From an uncultured virus (IMG/VR IMGVR_UViG_3300021425_000020) (lineage: Duplodnaviria; Heunggongvirae; Uroviricota; Caudoviricetes), in the IMG/VR virus record IMGVR_UViG_3300021425_000020: 64,000 nucleotides of DNA; one strand, given 5' to 3'. Numbering within the stretch: the first letter of the stretch is position 1; each line of letters begins with the position of its first letter. Shown one piece after another: positions 25,108 to 32,803 of the stretch. The notes under the pieces were generated by a model. It saw only the letters and a program-made list of their open reading frames with translations. It ran no database searches and was not told the DNA's origin. The position numbers and the translations under genes are program-made.

Positions 25108-26836
25108 TTAAAATACGCCACGCTGTTCCATTTTGCATTTCCAATTTGGTAAACTGACAATAACTTAAATGTGCTGCATATGCTTCTATAGTTTCCTTGT
25201 CAAAAGTTTTAACATCTTCTACTTGACTTATATCAGTGTTGCATAATACACTAGCAGCATTGGGTCCTAATGCAATTGCAGGTTTACCGTTTAATAGTGC
25301 CTCAGTAGCTGCTATACTATTGTAAGTTACCACACAATGCACATTGTTTTCCAATGCGTGTATAATATTAGCATCGCCTATACGTTCGTTGCGTTTTGGT
25401 TTCAAACGAACTTCGATAGGCCTGTCGGTGTATCTTTTTAGTTCTTTAACAACTTTTTCTGTCCATTCTTCTGGCAAAGGCTGATCCCAAAATTTCATAA
25501 CTTTATCACTTGGTGGACAAATTAAAATTTTATCACCTGATGTAAACTTTTTATATTTCCAGCCGATCCTGCTTAATCTGTCATTTGGTCTATCTACTAT
25601 AGGTCCAAGATGTTGTAGAGCATTTTTTGTAATTCTATGATATACTTTGCCTTTTGTTCTTTCGTTGCCCAAATAACCACTGTCTATAGCATAAAAAGTT
25701 CTTTTTGTTTCCCAACAATGTTTGATAGCAAGTTGACTCTTTTTTCCTAATCCTCTAATTAACAAAGGTACAGTTTTATCAACTTCATCTTCCCAAGTGC
25801 TTATTTCACCTCTAGACATTCCTTGTACCAATGCTTCTAAATACTCGTCAAACTCATATCCTTTTTTCTGTGGAACAAAGTTTCCTTCTTCGATGTCTGG
25901 ATAAATTGCAGCTACTCTATCGCCTCTAATTGCCATAAGTTCTTCCTTAAAATTTGTATCATAAAATTTAGCATCTGGATCCTTCAAATAATTAAAGAAT
26001 TTAGTCATTAAATTTTTTTTTTGACTGTCCATTATAATATTCTCTGGATGTATTCTTTCACTTATAGAAACTTGCTTATCTCTTTCTCGTTTTTCTGCTA
26101 AACTATATGCTTTTGCATTTGCACCTTTGTATGCATATTCAAAATAATTTGCTTTTACCTTGTACCATTCTTTTGCATATTCGCAATCTTGATATTGTTC
26201 AAACCAAGGACCTCCTTCGGTATAATGTAATGCCTTTGGTTTTCCATCTTGTGGTTCTTTGTACCAGCCTACTAGCCAATTCCATTCATGACTCAATTCG
26301 CCTATTTCTGCATCTGGTACCCAGCTAAATCTATGAAAGTATGCACCTGTTTTATATTCATTGTTAACAAGATCTGGCTTCAAAACACTGTTGGTATAAC
26401 TACCACAGTTAATCAACATCATACTTGACCAATTCTTTCTTGGGTAAACGTGTTGTACTTGGCCATCCATTTTTATACCTTCTTTAGGAGTATAATCATG
26501 TTGAGCACACATTATAGCATACTTGTCATCGGCTTGATCAAAAAGTTTTTTTACATCATCTAAAAAAACAAAATCACAGTCAATGAACAATGCCCACCCA
26601 TCGTAACCTGCTAGATAAGGCACTAGGAATCTTGTAAATGTAAATTCCGTACTTGCCATTTTATCAATAGGTCTTGTGTATATTTCTTTTTTTCTTAAAT
26701 CATCTTGCTTGATTGGTATAACTTTTACTGGTACAGAAGCATTGTCTAAAATACTTTGTTTGCAAACTTGGAATGCAATATCTTCTCTGCTATCCCAACC
26801 TACATATACTCTTAATGGTTTAATCTCTTCGCTCAA
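25094..26836 (-). CDS. two-domain glycosyltransferase: N-terminal GT-A (CDI/GT8-like) + C-terminal Capsule_synth-like domain
   Basis: N-terminal motifs VGWDSRE, STEFTFTRF, FIDCD, RKNWSS and HYTEGGPW. C-terminal motifs ILICPPS, EVRLKP and VVTYNSIAATEALLNGKP. Confidence 0.8.
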   Translation of the reverse strand: MSEEIKPLRVYVGWDSREDIAFQVCKQSILDNASVPVKVIPIKQDDLRKKEIYTRPIDKMASTEFTFTRFLVPYLAGYDGWALFIDCDFVFLDDVKKLFDQADDKYAIMCAQHDYTPKEGIKMDGQVQHVYPRKNWSSMMLINCGSYTNSVLKPDLVNNEYKTGAYFHRFSWVPDAEIGELSHEWNWLVGWYKEPQDGKPKALHYTEGGPWFEQYQDCEYAKEWYKVKANYFEYAYKGANAKAYSLAEKRERDKQVSISERIHPENIIMDSQKKNLMTKFFNYLKDPDAKFYDTNFKEELMAIRGDRVAAIYPDIEEGNFVPQKKGYEFDEYLEALVQGMSRGEISTWEDEVDKTVPLLIRGLGKKSQLAIKHCWETKRTFYAIDSGYLGNERTKGKVYHRITKNALQHLGPIVDRPNDRLSRIGWKYKKFTSGDKILICPPSDKVMKFWDQPLPEEWTEKVVKELKRYTDRPIEVRLKPKRNERIGDANIIHALENNVHCVVTYNSIAATEALLNGKPAIALGPNAASVLCNTDISQVEDVKTFDKETIEAYAAHLSYCQFTKLEMQNGTAWRILNESS

Positions 26837-27575
26837 TGTCTTCCTCCGTTAATTCGTTACCTATCCATACTTCTATTACTTTAGCACTTTTGTTGTCTAG
26901 GTTTACAGCCTTGTGCCAATATCCAGTTGGTATATCTATACTGTCTCCTGGCACTAATAAATGACTAGTTTTGTTGCCAGATTTGTCTTCTAGAAACATA
27001 TTGATTACACCATCAACTACGTGCCAATGTTCGCTGCGTTTAAAATGTCTTTGATCACTAAGTGCGTGTTCTTCATAGAATTCAAGTTGTTTAACTTGCC
27101 AACCTTCGCCTTTGTCTAACACAGTATACTTGCCCCAAGCACGTTCAGTTGTAGGTTGGCTCCATTCTTTTAGTATCCAACTGCTTGAATTCTTTTTATC
27201 TTCGCCACCTACACCAAATACAAATTCAACATCGTTGTATATCATTTCTGGAATATTGTCTTTGGTTCTATCACCACCGTTAGCAAATACGACTTTAGTT
27301 TGACTGCCTACAGTGGATAACACTTGAAATATTGCAGCACAGGCAGTATCGTCATCGTCATTGAATCCTATAACTTCGTTTACACAATCTAGTTCTTTAA
27401 TTATTGCACAACGTTCTTCAAACGGCATAAATGCTTTACCCTTTTTACGTGCAAGCCAAGCATCACTATTCACACCTACAACAAGATGGTCGCCTAATTC
27501 TTTTGCTGCTTTAAAATATTCTATGTGTCCGCTGTGCAATGGATCAAATCCACCAGTTACTATTACAACTCTCAT
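26820..27575 (-). CDS. HxGH cytidylyl/adenylyltransferase fused to a cupin (MPI type II-like) domain
   Basis: Motifs GGFDPLHSGH, GVNSD, ANGGDR and NSSS, followed by RAWG.Y..L, QRH..RSEHW and WHKA.N. Confidence 0.88.
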   Translation of the reverse strand: MRVVIVTGGFDPLHSGHIEYFKAAKELGDHLVVGVNSDAWLARKKGKAFMPFEERCAIIKELDCVNEVIGFNDDDDTACAAIFQVLSTVGSQTKVVFANGGDRTKDNIPEMIYNDVEFVFGVGGEDKKNSSSWILKEWSQPTTERAWGKYTVLDKGEGWQVKQLEFYEEHALSDQRHFKRSEHWHVVDGVINMFLEDKSGNKTSHLLVPGDSIDIPTGYWHKAVNLDNKSAKVIEVWIGNELTEEDIERRD

Positions 27576-27581
27576 TTATGT

Positions 27582-28202
27582 TTACCAACCAAATATATAA
27601 TCTTTCCTTACGTTTGTAATTTCTTTGGCACCGTGTGATTTTAAAAAGTTTCCTGCACAATATTCAGTTTCAGGATGTTGTTCAACAATTACAATAGGCT
27701 TGTATTTTAAAATTGTTTCTATGCCTCCTTTGAGAACTTCTAATTCATGACGTTCACAATCTATCTTTATCAAATCAAATTTAGGCATAAAACTGTCGTC
27801 TAATTTTTTAACTTTTATATCGCCACTGTTTCCATTTATAAAACTGTTTCCGGTATTGTTAGGATCATAAGTCATATCAACATTTTTTGTTTCGCTTCCT
27901 AAAGCAAAATTTTGTAATATCACATTATCACAACTTTTTGTATTTTCTTGTAAACAATCCCATACTTGTGCCATTGGTTCAAAACTAATAACTTTTTGAA
28001 ACTTTTTTGACAGTGGAACTGTCCACAGTCCTACATTAGCACCTACATCTACTGCTACATCAAAGTCTGTAACATATTTGTATGCTTCATCTCTTACGTC
28101 ATCTTGATATTCGGCAGGACCGCCTTGACTGATACGTTTTGTTATCATTCTTTCAAAATGAGTATCTGTATCAGGTAACCAATAATTATAAACTTGTTTC
28201 AT
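27582..28202 (-). CDS. FkbM-family methyltransferase
   Basis: Motifs VDVGANVG, SFEP, ALG and IKIDCE..E..VLKG. Confidence 0.9.
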   Translation of the reverse strand: MKQVYNYWLPDTDTHFERMITKRISQGGPAEYQDDVRDEAYKYVTDFDVAVDVGANVGLWTVPLSKKFQKVISFEPMAQVWDCLQENTKSCDNVILQNFALGSETKNVDMTYDPNNTGNSFINGNSGDIKVKKLDDSFMPKFDLIKIDCERHELEVLKGGIETILKYKPIVIVEQHPETEYCAGNFLKSHGAKEITNVRKDYIFGW

Positions 28203-29115
28203 TAACTATTCTTTCTAACTCGAGCCATTTTTCTACTACTTTAATTGGTGTATAGTACTTAGTAATATGGTCTTGGCCCATTAAAACTTTTTGATAAACT
28301 TCGTTTGGATTGTTTATAAAATATTCAAACCCAGTTAAAAGATTACCTGTCCATATATAGTCTTTTAAATCGATATAACTCGGAATGTAACTTTGTGTTA
28401 TAACAAATTTTCCTTGTTGTAGTGCATCAATTGGTCTATTGTTTCCTTTACCCTTTACAAATTTTTCTATTTTATCATTATAAAAAATTGGCAACAAAAT
28501 TGCATCGCTATTTTTAACTATTTCTTCTTGTGTTTCAAAACTCCAATCTGTCCACCAGATTGGATCGTCAACGTTCTTATTTGTAACAACATCTAAGTGT
28601 ACGTTTGGCTGTACAGTTTTCAGATCGGCAAGTATTATATCGAAGTTAACTTTATGAATATTTTTTCTTGCTCCGTAGCACACAAGTTTTACAATATCAT
28701 CCTTGGCAAAAACTTTTTTTATTGGGTTGCTTTGTTTTCTTTCTGTTAAGTCTGCTATAACATAACATTTGTTATTAAACAATCTTTCTACATCTTTTGC
28801 TAGATATTTACAAGTAGCAACAAAAAATTTACAATGCTTGGCAGCCTTTGTATATAAATCTATAACATCTTGCTTATAAAATTTGTAATCTGATATATCA
28901 CAAATAAATTTTGCATTTTTTTCTATCAATATATCTAATATTTCATTTGTAAATTTTTTGCCAAATACAAATAGTCTTTTATCGTTATGTTGTATTTGAT
29001 TTGTATCAGTTATAAGCCCGTTATTGTTGCTATCCATATTTTCAAGTAACAGAGTACCCCTTGATCTAAAACTATACCTGCTGTGACTATCTTTGTCACT
29101 TACAAAAAAATACAT
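28186..29115 (-). CDS. putative GT-B glycosyltransferase
   Basis: Motifs SDAILLP and KGNNRPIDALQQGKFVI; located within the glycan operon. Confidence 0.6.
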   Translation of the reverse strand: MYFFVSDKDSHSRYSFRSRGTLLLENMDSNNNGLITDTNQIQHNDKRLFVFGKKFTNEILDILIEKNAKFICDISDYKFYKQDVIDLYTKAAKHCKFFVATCKYLAKDVERLFNNKCYVIADLTERKQSNPIKKVFAKDDIVKLVCYGARKNIHKVNFDIILADLKTVQPNVHLDVVTNKNVDDPIWWTDWSFETQEEIVKNSDAILLPIFYNDKIEKFVKGKGNNRPIDALQQGKFVITQSYIPSYIDLKDYIWTGNLLTGFEYFINNPNEVYQKVLMGQDHITKYYTPIKVVEKWLELERIVNETSL

Positions 29116-29843
29116 TATTCTTCCTTATATTCAGATAACAATCTACGTATTTCGCTCCACGTACCGAGATCAATATAATCATCTACTTCTATGCCTTGCG
29201 AATTATAAAATGGAGTATATGTCATTTGTTTAGCATTGAATTTTTGTTTCAGTGTGCTTTTTTCCATATATTCCATTGCGGGCATAAATGAACTTGCTCT
29301 AAATGCAAAACTACACCAGTATGCATTAAATTTGCTAAAGTCTGTTTGCGGTTTATCTTCGTAAAATTTTACAACATCACCTTCCATTTGTAATGCACCT
29401 TTTGTTGATAGCATTAATGGATCTGTTTCTTTTTTGTAAAAGAAAACAAATTCGTTATCTTCTAATTTGTTTTTTACTTGTGTATACAAGTCTTCAGTGC
29501 CTTTTAGTTTTAAAATAGTATCTGGTAATAATACTACATTGTCCTCACCAAACCAACTATATGCACTTTTTATTGCACCAGTATATTCTAACTCATTTGG
29601 ATTTTGGTATACAAAGGCAATATTGTATTTGTCTTTGTATTTTGAAAGATATTCAACTATTTCAGTTTTGTATTCATTTATTACAACTACAAAATCTACA
29701 CTGTTTCTGTCATAGTCTTTGAACCAGTCAAAACTGTAATCTATAAGTGCTTGATTCTTGTCTAGTCTTAATATTTCTTTAGGATAAGGTAGATTTAATC
29801 TTGTGCCTTTGCCTGCGGCAGGAAGTATAACTGTTAGGGTCAT
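29115..29843 (-). CDS. sugar-phosphate nucleotidyltransferase (RmlA/NTP_transferase family)
   Basis: Motifs ILPAAGKGTRL..P.PKE, LLPD, EDKP and YIDLGT. Confidence 0.88.
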   Translation of the reverse strand: MTLTVILPAAGKGTRLNLPYPKEILRLDKNQALIDYSFDWFKDYDRNSVDFVVVINEYKTEIVEYLSKYKDKYNIAFVYQNPNELEYTGAIKSAYSWFGEDNVVLLPDTILKLKGTEDLYTQVKNKLEDNEFVFFYKKETDPLMLSTKGALQMEGDVVKFYEDKPQTDFSKFNAYWCSFAFRASSFMPAMEYMEKSTLKQKFNAKQMTYTPFYNSQGIEVDDYIDLGTWSEIRRLLSEYKEE

Positions 29844-29847
29844 ACTT

Positions 29848-29853
29848 TATTTA
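29848..29853 (-). promoter_or_regulatory. TAAATA late-promoter-like motif heading the glycan operon
   Basis: TAAATA-AAGT-ATG (start at 29843), with no room for an SD. Confidence 0.55.
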
Positions 29854-30306
29854 CAAAGTTGCGTCTTCCATACCTGCAACTCTGAGTTTAACAATGTTTG
29901 TAATTTGCCATTGTTTTTGATCAAGTGCCTTTAATACACCTAACCATTTGTTACGCATTAATGCAAATTCATTTATAATTTTTTCATAGTCAACAACATC
30001 TTGTTCGCCGTCGACATATTTTTCTACGTCGCGACTGCTTAATGCACGTTGATAGTTTTCTAAGTATTTGCGAAAAAATGAGCTACGCAATTTACGTAGC
30101 TCAATGTTTAAGTATTCTAATATAGCTTCAATTTCTTGCAACTGATTAAATCTGTGTTCAACTATGCCTGGCATTTCAGCCGACTGCTTTTCTACATTAC
30201 CTTTTAACTTGCATTCAAGTCTTGCTGCTTGAAGTTCTGTTTCAAAATGTTGTATAGCCGCAGGAATCTGCGTTATGTCTCTGCTTACTCGACTGTACCA
30301 AGCCAT
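29851..30306 (-). CDS. uvsY: recombination mediator UvsY-like
   Basis: Helical 151-aa protein with LSSRDVEKYVDGE and KQWQITNIVKLR, located near uvsX. Confidence 0.75.
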   Translation of the reverse strand: MAWYSRVSRDITQIPAAIQHFETELQAARLECKLKGNVEKQSAEMPGIVEHRFNQLQEIEAILEYLNIELRKLRSSFFRKYLENYQRALSSRDVEKYVDGEQDVVDYEKIINEFALMRNKWLGVLKALDQKQWQITNIVKLRVAGMEDATL

Positions 30307-30536
30307 TAGTCATCCCACTCATTGTAGTCGTCTATATTGTTTTCGTCCATTTCTAAATAATATTGAATAGCATAATCTAAGTGTTTGTCAGTACCTAACA
30401 TTTCTTGTAATTGATCATCTGCTAAACCGTAATCTATCAATGTGTCTACATATTTTTCTGCTGCAAGTTCTATATGCTTTTTATCCAAGTATTCTTTAAA
30501 AAGCATCCAGATGTCTGCTACAAACTCTTCATTCAT
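30306..30536 (-). CDS. small acidic hypothetical protein
   Basis: Coupled ORF between uvsX and uvsY. Confidence 0.75.
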   Translation of the reverse strand: MNEEFVADIWMLFKEYLDKKHIELAAEKYVDTLIDYGLADDQLQEMLGTDKHLDYAIQYYLEMDENNIDDYNEWDD

Positions 30537-31617
30537 CTAAGATAGGCTCCTCGTCATGATCCACAACTTCTTCGGTTGCGTTAGCGATATTTACCATTTG
30601 TTCTTCTTTTGCCGGTAAATCGGCCATGATCATTTCGAGTTTGTCACCTGTCCAATTCTTACGATATTCTAGAGTTTCTACACCGCTACTGTCAATATAC
30701 TTGTAGCGATTGCCTTGTTTTTCAAGCAGTCCTTTTGCTTCTAGCAAATCAAACATACCCGAATATGGATCCATACCTGTTTCATACGGAATCTTTACTT
30801 GTACACCTTCAAACGGTTTAGCATAACGTGTTTTCATAACTTTACACGCTGCACGGATACCATTGACTGTGCTGGTTTTGTTACCATCTGCATCTTCTTT
30901 TAGTTTTAGTTTTTTCATAGCAACTACCATTGAGCTTGCATAGATAAACCCGCTACCTCCAGAAATCTTATCATCTGGATCAAACATATCCTGTGATGCA
31001 TAAGTGTGATTAGTAACAACCATACCTACATTATATGAACCAAACATATTCACACAGTTAGTAACCAACGCTTTCAGTGCTTTGGCCTTACGACCCATAT
31101 CACCTTTCATATCACCTGCTTCAAACTGATTTACTTCAGTTGGTGACATAAGCATACCTAAACTATCAACTACAAACAATACCTTAGGACGGTCTTCTTC
31201 GTTCATTGAACGATAATCATCCATAAATGTTGAAATAGTTTTAGCAACGTCATCAATCATTGCCATATTAAGTTTTAGGATTTTGTCATCTGTTGTTTCT
31301 ACACCTAATGCGTGTAGCCACTTTTCGTCAAGTGCATTTTCGCTGTCAATTAGTACAACAAAAATACCTTGTTCTTGTGCTGACTTGACAATATTACCAG
31401 ACACAATATACGATTTGCCTGCACCAGATTCGCCTGCAAATACGCTTACTTTGCCTAATGGAATACCTCTACGGAAATCACCACTTAGCAGATAGTTTAG
31501 TGCAAAGTTGCCTGTGCTGATCCAATCTTGCGGATCATTAAAGCCTGCACTCATACCTTTAATAGATTTTGTTAATGAATTTCGAAACTTGGAAGGATCG
31601 AATGCTTTTGTAGCCAT
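30529..31617 (-). CDS. uvsX: RecA/UvsX recombinase
   Basis: Motifs ISTG, GESGAGKS, IDSENALD, VVDSLG and SGG; GGAGA SD. Confidence 0.93.
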   Translation of the reverse strand: MATKAFDPSKFRNSLTKSIKGMSAGFNDPQDWISTGNFALNYLLSGDFRRGIPLGKVSVFAGESGAGKSYIVSGNIVKSAQEQGIFVVLIDSENALDEKWLHALGVETTDDKILKLNMAMIDDVAKTISTFMDDYRSMNEEDRPKVLFVVDSLGMLMSPTEVNQFEAGDMKGDMGRKAKALKALVTNCVNMFGSYNVGMVVTNHTYASQDMFDPDDKISGGSGFIYASSMVVAMKKLKLKEDADGNKTSTVNGIRAACKVMKTRYAKPFEGVQVKIPYETGMDPYSGMFDLLEAKGLLEKQGNRYKYIDSSGVETLEYRKNWTGDKLEMIMADLPAKEEQMVNIANATEEVVDHDEEPILDE

Positions 31618-31633
31618 ACGTATCTCCTATTCT

Positions 31634-31664
31634 AAAAAGCGTAGGAAAGGGCCGAAGCCCTTTC
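31634..31664 (-). terminator. hairpin with UUCG loop downstream of ssb
   Basis: GAAAGGGC-TTCG-GCCCTTTC on the minus strand, with a U-tract a few nt downstream. Confidence 0.7.
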
Positions 31665-31666
31665 TA

Positions 31667-32677
31667 TTATTGATTTTGACGTGCTCTGATCATTGCAAGA
31701 ATGTCTTGTGCGCCACCTGCATCACCTGCCGGTTCTGCCGCTGCTTCTGGAGCAGGTGCAGGCTCTGGTGTTGCTGCTGGTGCTGGATCTTGCCAACCAG
31801 TATCATTTACAGTTTCTTGTACTGGTGCTGCTGCTGGTTGTGGAGCAGGTGTTGGTGCAGGTGCTGTGTTTGGATCACCTGTACGTGCTGCCATACCTGC
31901 TGGACGGAAGTAATTGCTCCAACGATCTGGATCATAAGCTTCACCATCTACACTTGCTTCAAACATTTCAGTAAGAACTTTAAGTTCAACTTCGCCTGGC
32001 TTTTTAGGAAGGAAATCATTAAGATTAAACAAGCCGTGTGTGTTCACTGCTGCCATCTCTGCATCACCTAGTGGACGCTCTCTACGTGCCCAATTACTTG
32101 CGCCGTAGTCTGCATAACCACCTTTTGTACCTTTTGACAAACGGAAGTCTACACCAGCAGTGTAATCTGTTGGTAGTTCTTCCATATCTGGGTCCATTAG
32201 TGCTGCTTTGATTAGTTGGAAGATTTGTGGACCAATGATGAATCGACGAATTGGATTCTCTGGTTGTGAATCTTCTTTCAATGGATCATCTACAACAAAG
32301 CCTTGGAAGATATATGAACGCTTTTTCCAATACTTACGACCCATATCTTCTAATGATGGATCTTTAAACCAACCACGTACCTCTTGTAGAATTGGACATG
32401 ATTCGCCGTACATTTCCATACATGGAACTTGTACTTGTACTGGACGAGAACTTGTGTCTCCTTTTACTCCACTAAATGGAAGTTTAATCATCAAACGTTC
32501 TTTCCAAAAGAAAGTGTTTGAATCATCACCGTCAGGTAGAAAACGCAGTGTTGCACTGCTACCTTCTGACATATTCCAAAATGGGTAAATTGCGTTGTCA
32601 CCGCCTCCTGTGCGTTGACCTGAAGCGCCTGCTTCTTGTTCTTTGAGCTTTGCTCTAATTTCTGCTAATGATGCCAT
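31667..32677 (-). CDS. single-stranded DNA-binding protein (T4 gp32-like)
   Basis: Motifs ATLRFLPD, C...G..CP and YWKKRSY; Pro/Ala linker; AAGGAGG SD. Confidence 0.88.
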   Translation of the reverse strand: MASLAEIRAKLKEQEAGASGQRTGGGDNAIYPFWNMSEGSSATLRFLPDGDDSNTFFWKERLMIKLPFSGVKGDTSSRPVQVQVPCMEMYGESCPILQEVRGWFKDPSLEDMGRKYWKKRSYIFQGFVVDDPLKEDSQPENPIRRFIIGPQIFQLIKAALMDPDMEELPTDYTAGVDFRLSKGTKGGYADYGASNWARRERPLGDAEMAAVNTHGLFNLNDFLPKKPGEVELKVLTEMFEASVDGEAYDPDRWSNYFRPAGMAARTGDPNTAPAPTPAPQPAAAPVQETVNDTGWQDPAPAATPEPAPAPEAAAEPAGDAGGAQDILAMIRARQNQ

Positions 32678-32738
32678 AGTTATGCCTCCTTATATATTGC
32701 CTATGTGCTTGTGCCTAATTATGTGTAGCACAGTTATA

Positions 32739-32767
32739 ATACTACACAATGTTATTTATCTTGTCAA
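32739..32767 (-). promoter_or_regulatory. composite promoter for ssb (sigma70-like with TAAATA in the spacer)
   Basis: TTGACA-N17-TAGTAT, with TAAATA at 32753-32758. Confidence 0.75.
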
Positions 32768-32803
32768 TGATTTTTTTGACAATATTTTCAAATAGTTAGC
32801 CGA

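Noticed and set aside
31700..31870. Pro/Ala-rich repeat-like DNA in ssb
   Set aside because: It is an ordinary low-complexity linker preceding the SSB C-terminal tail.
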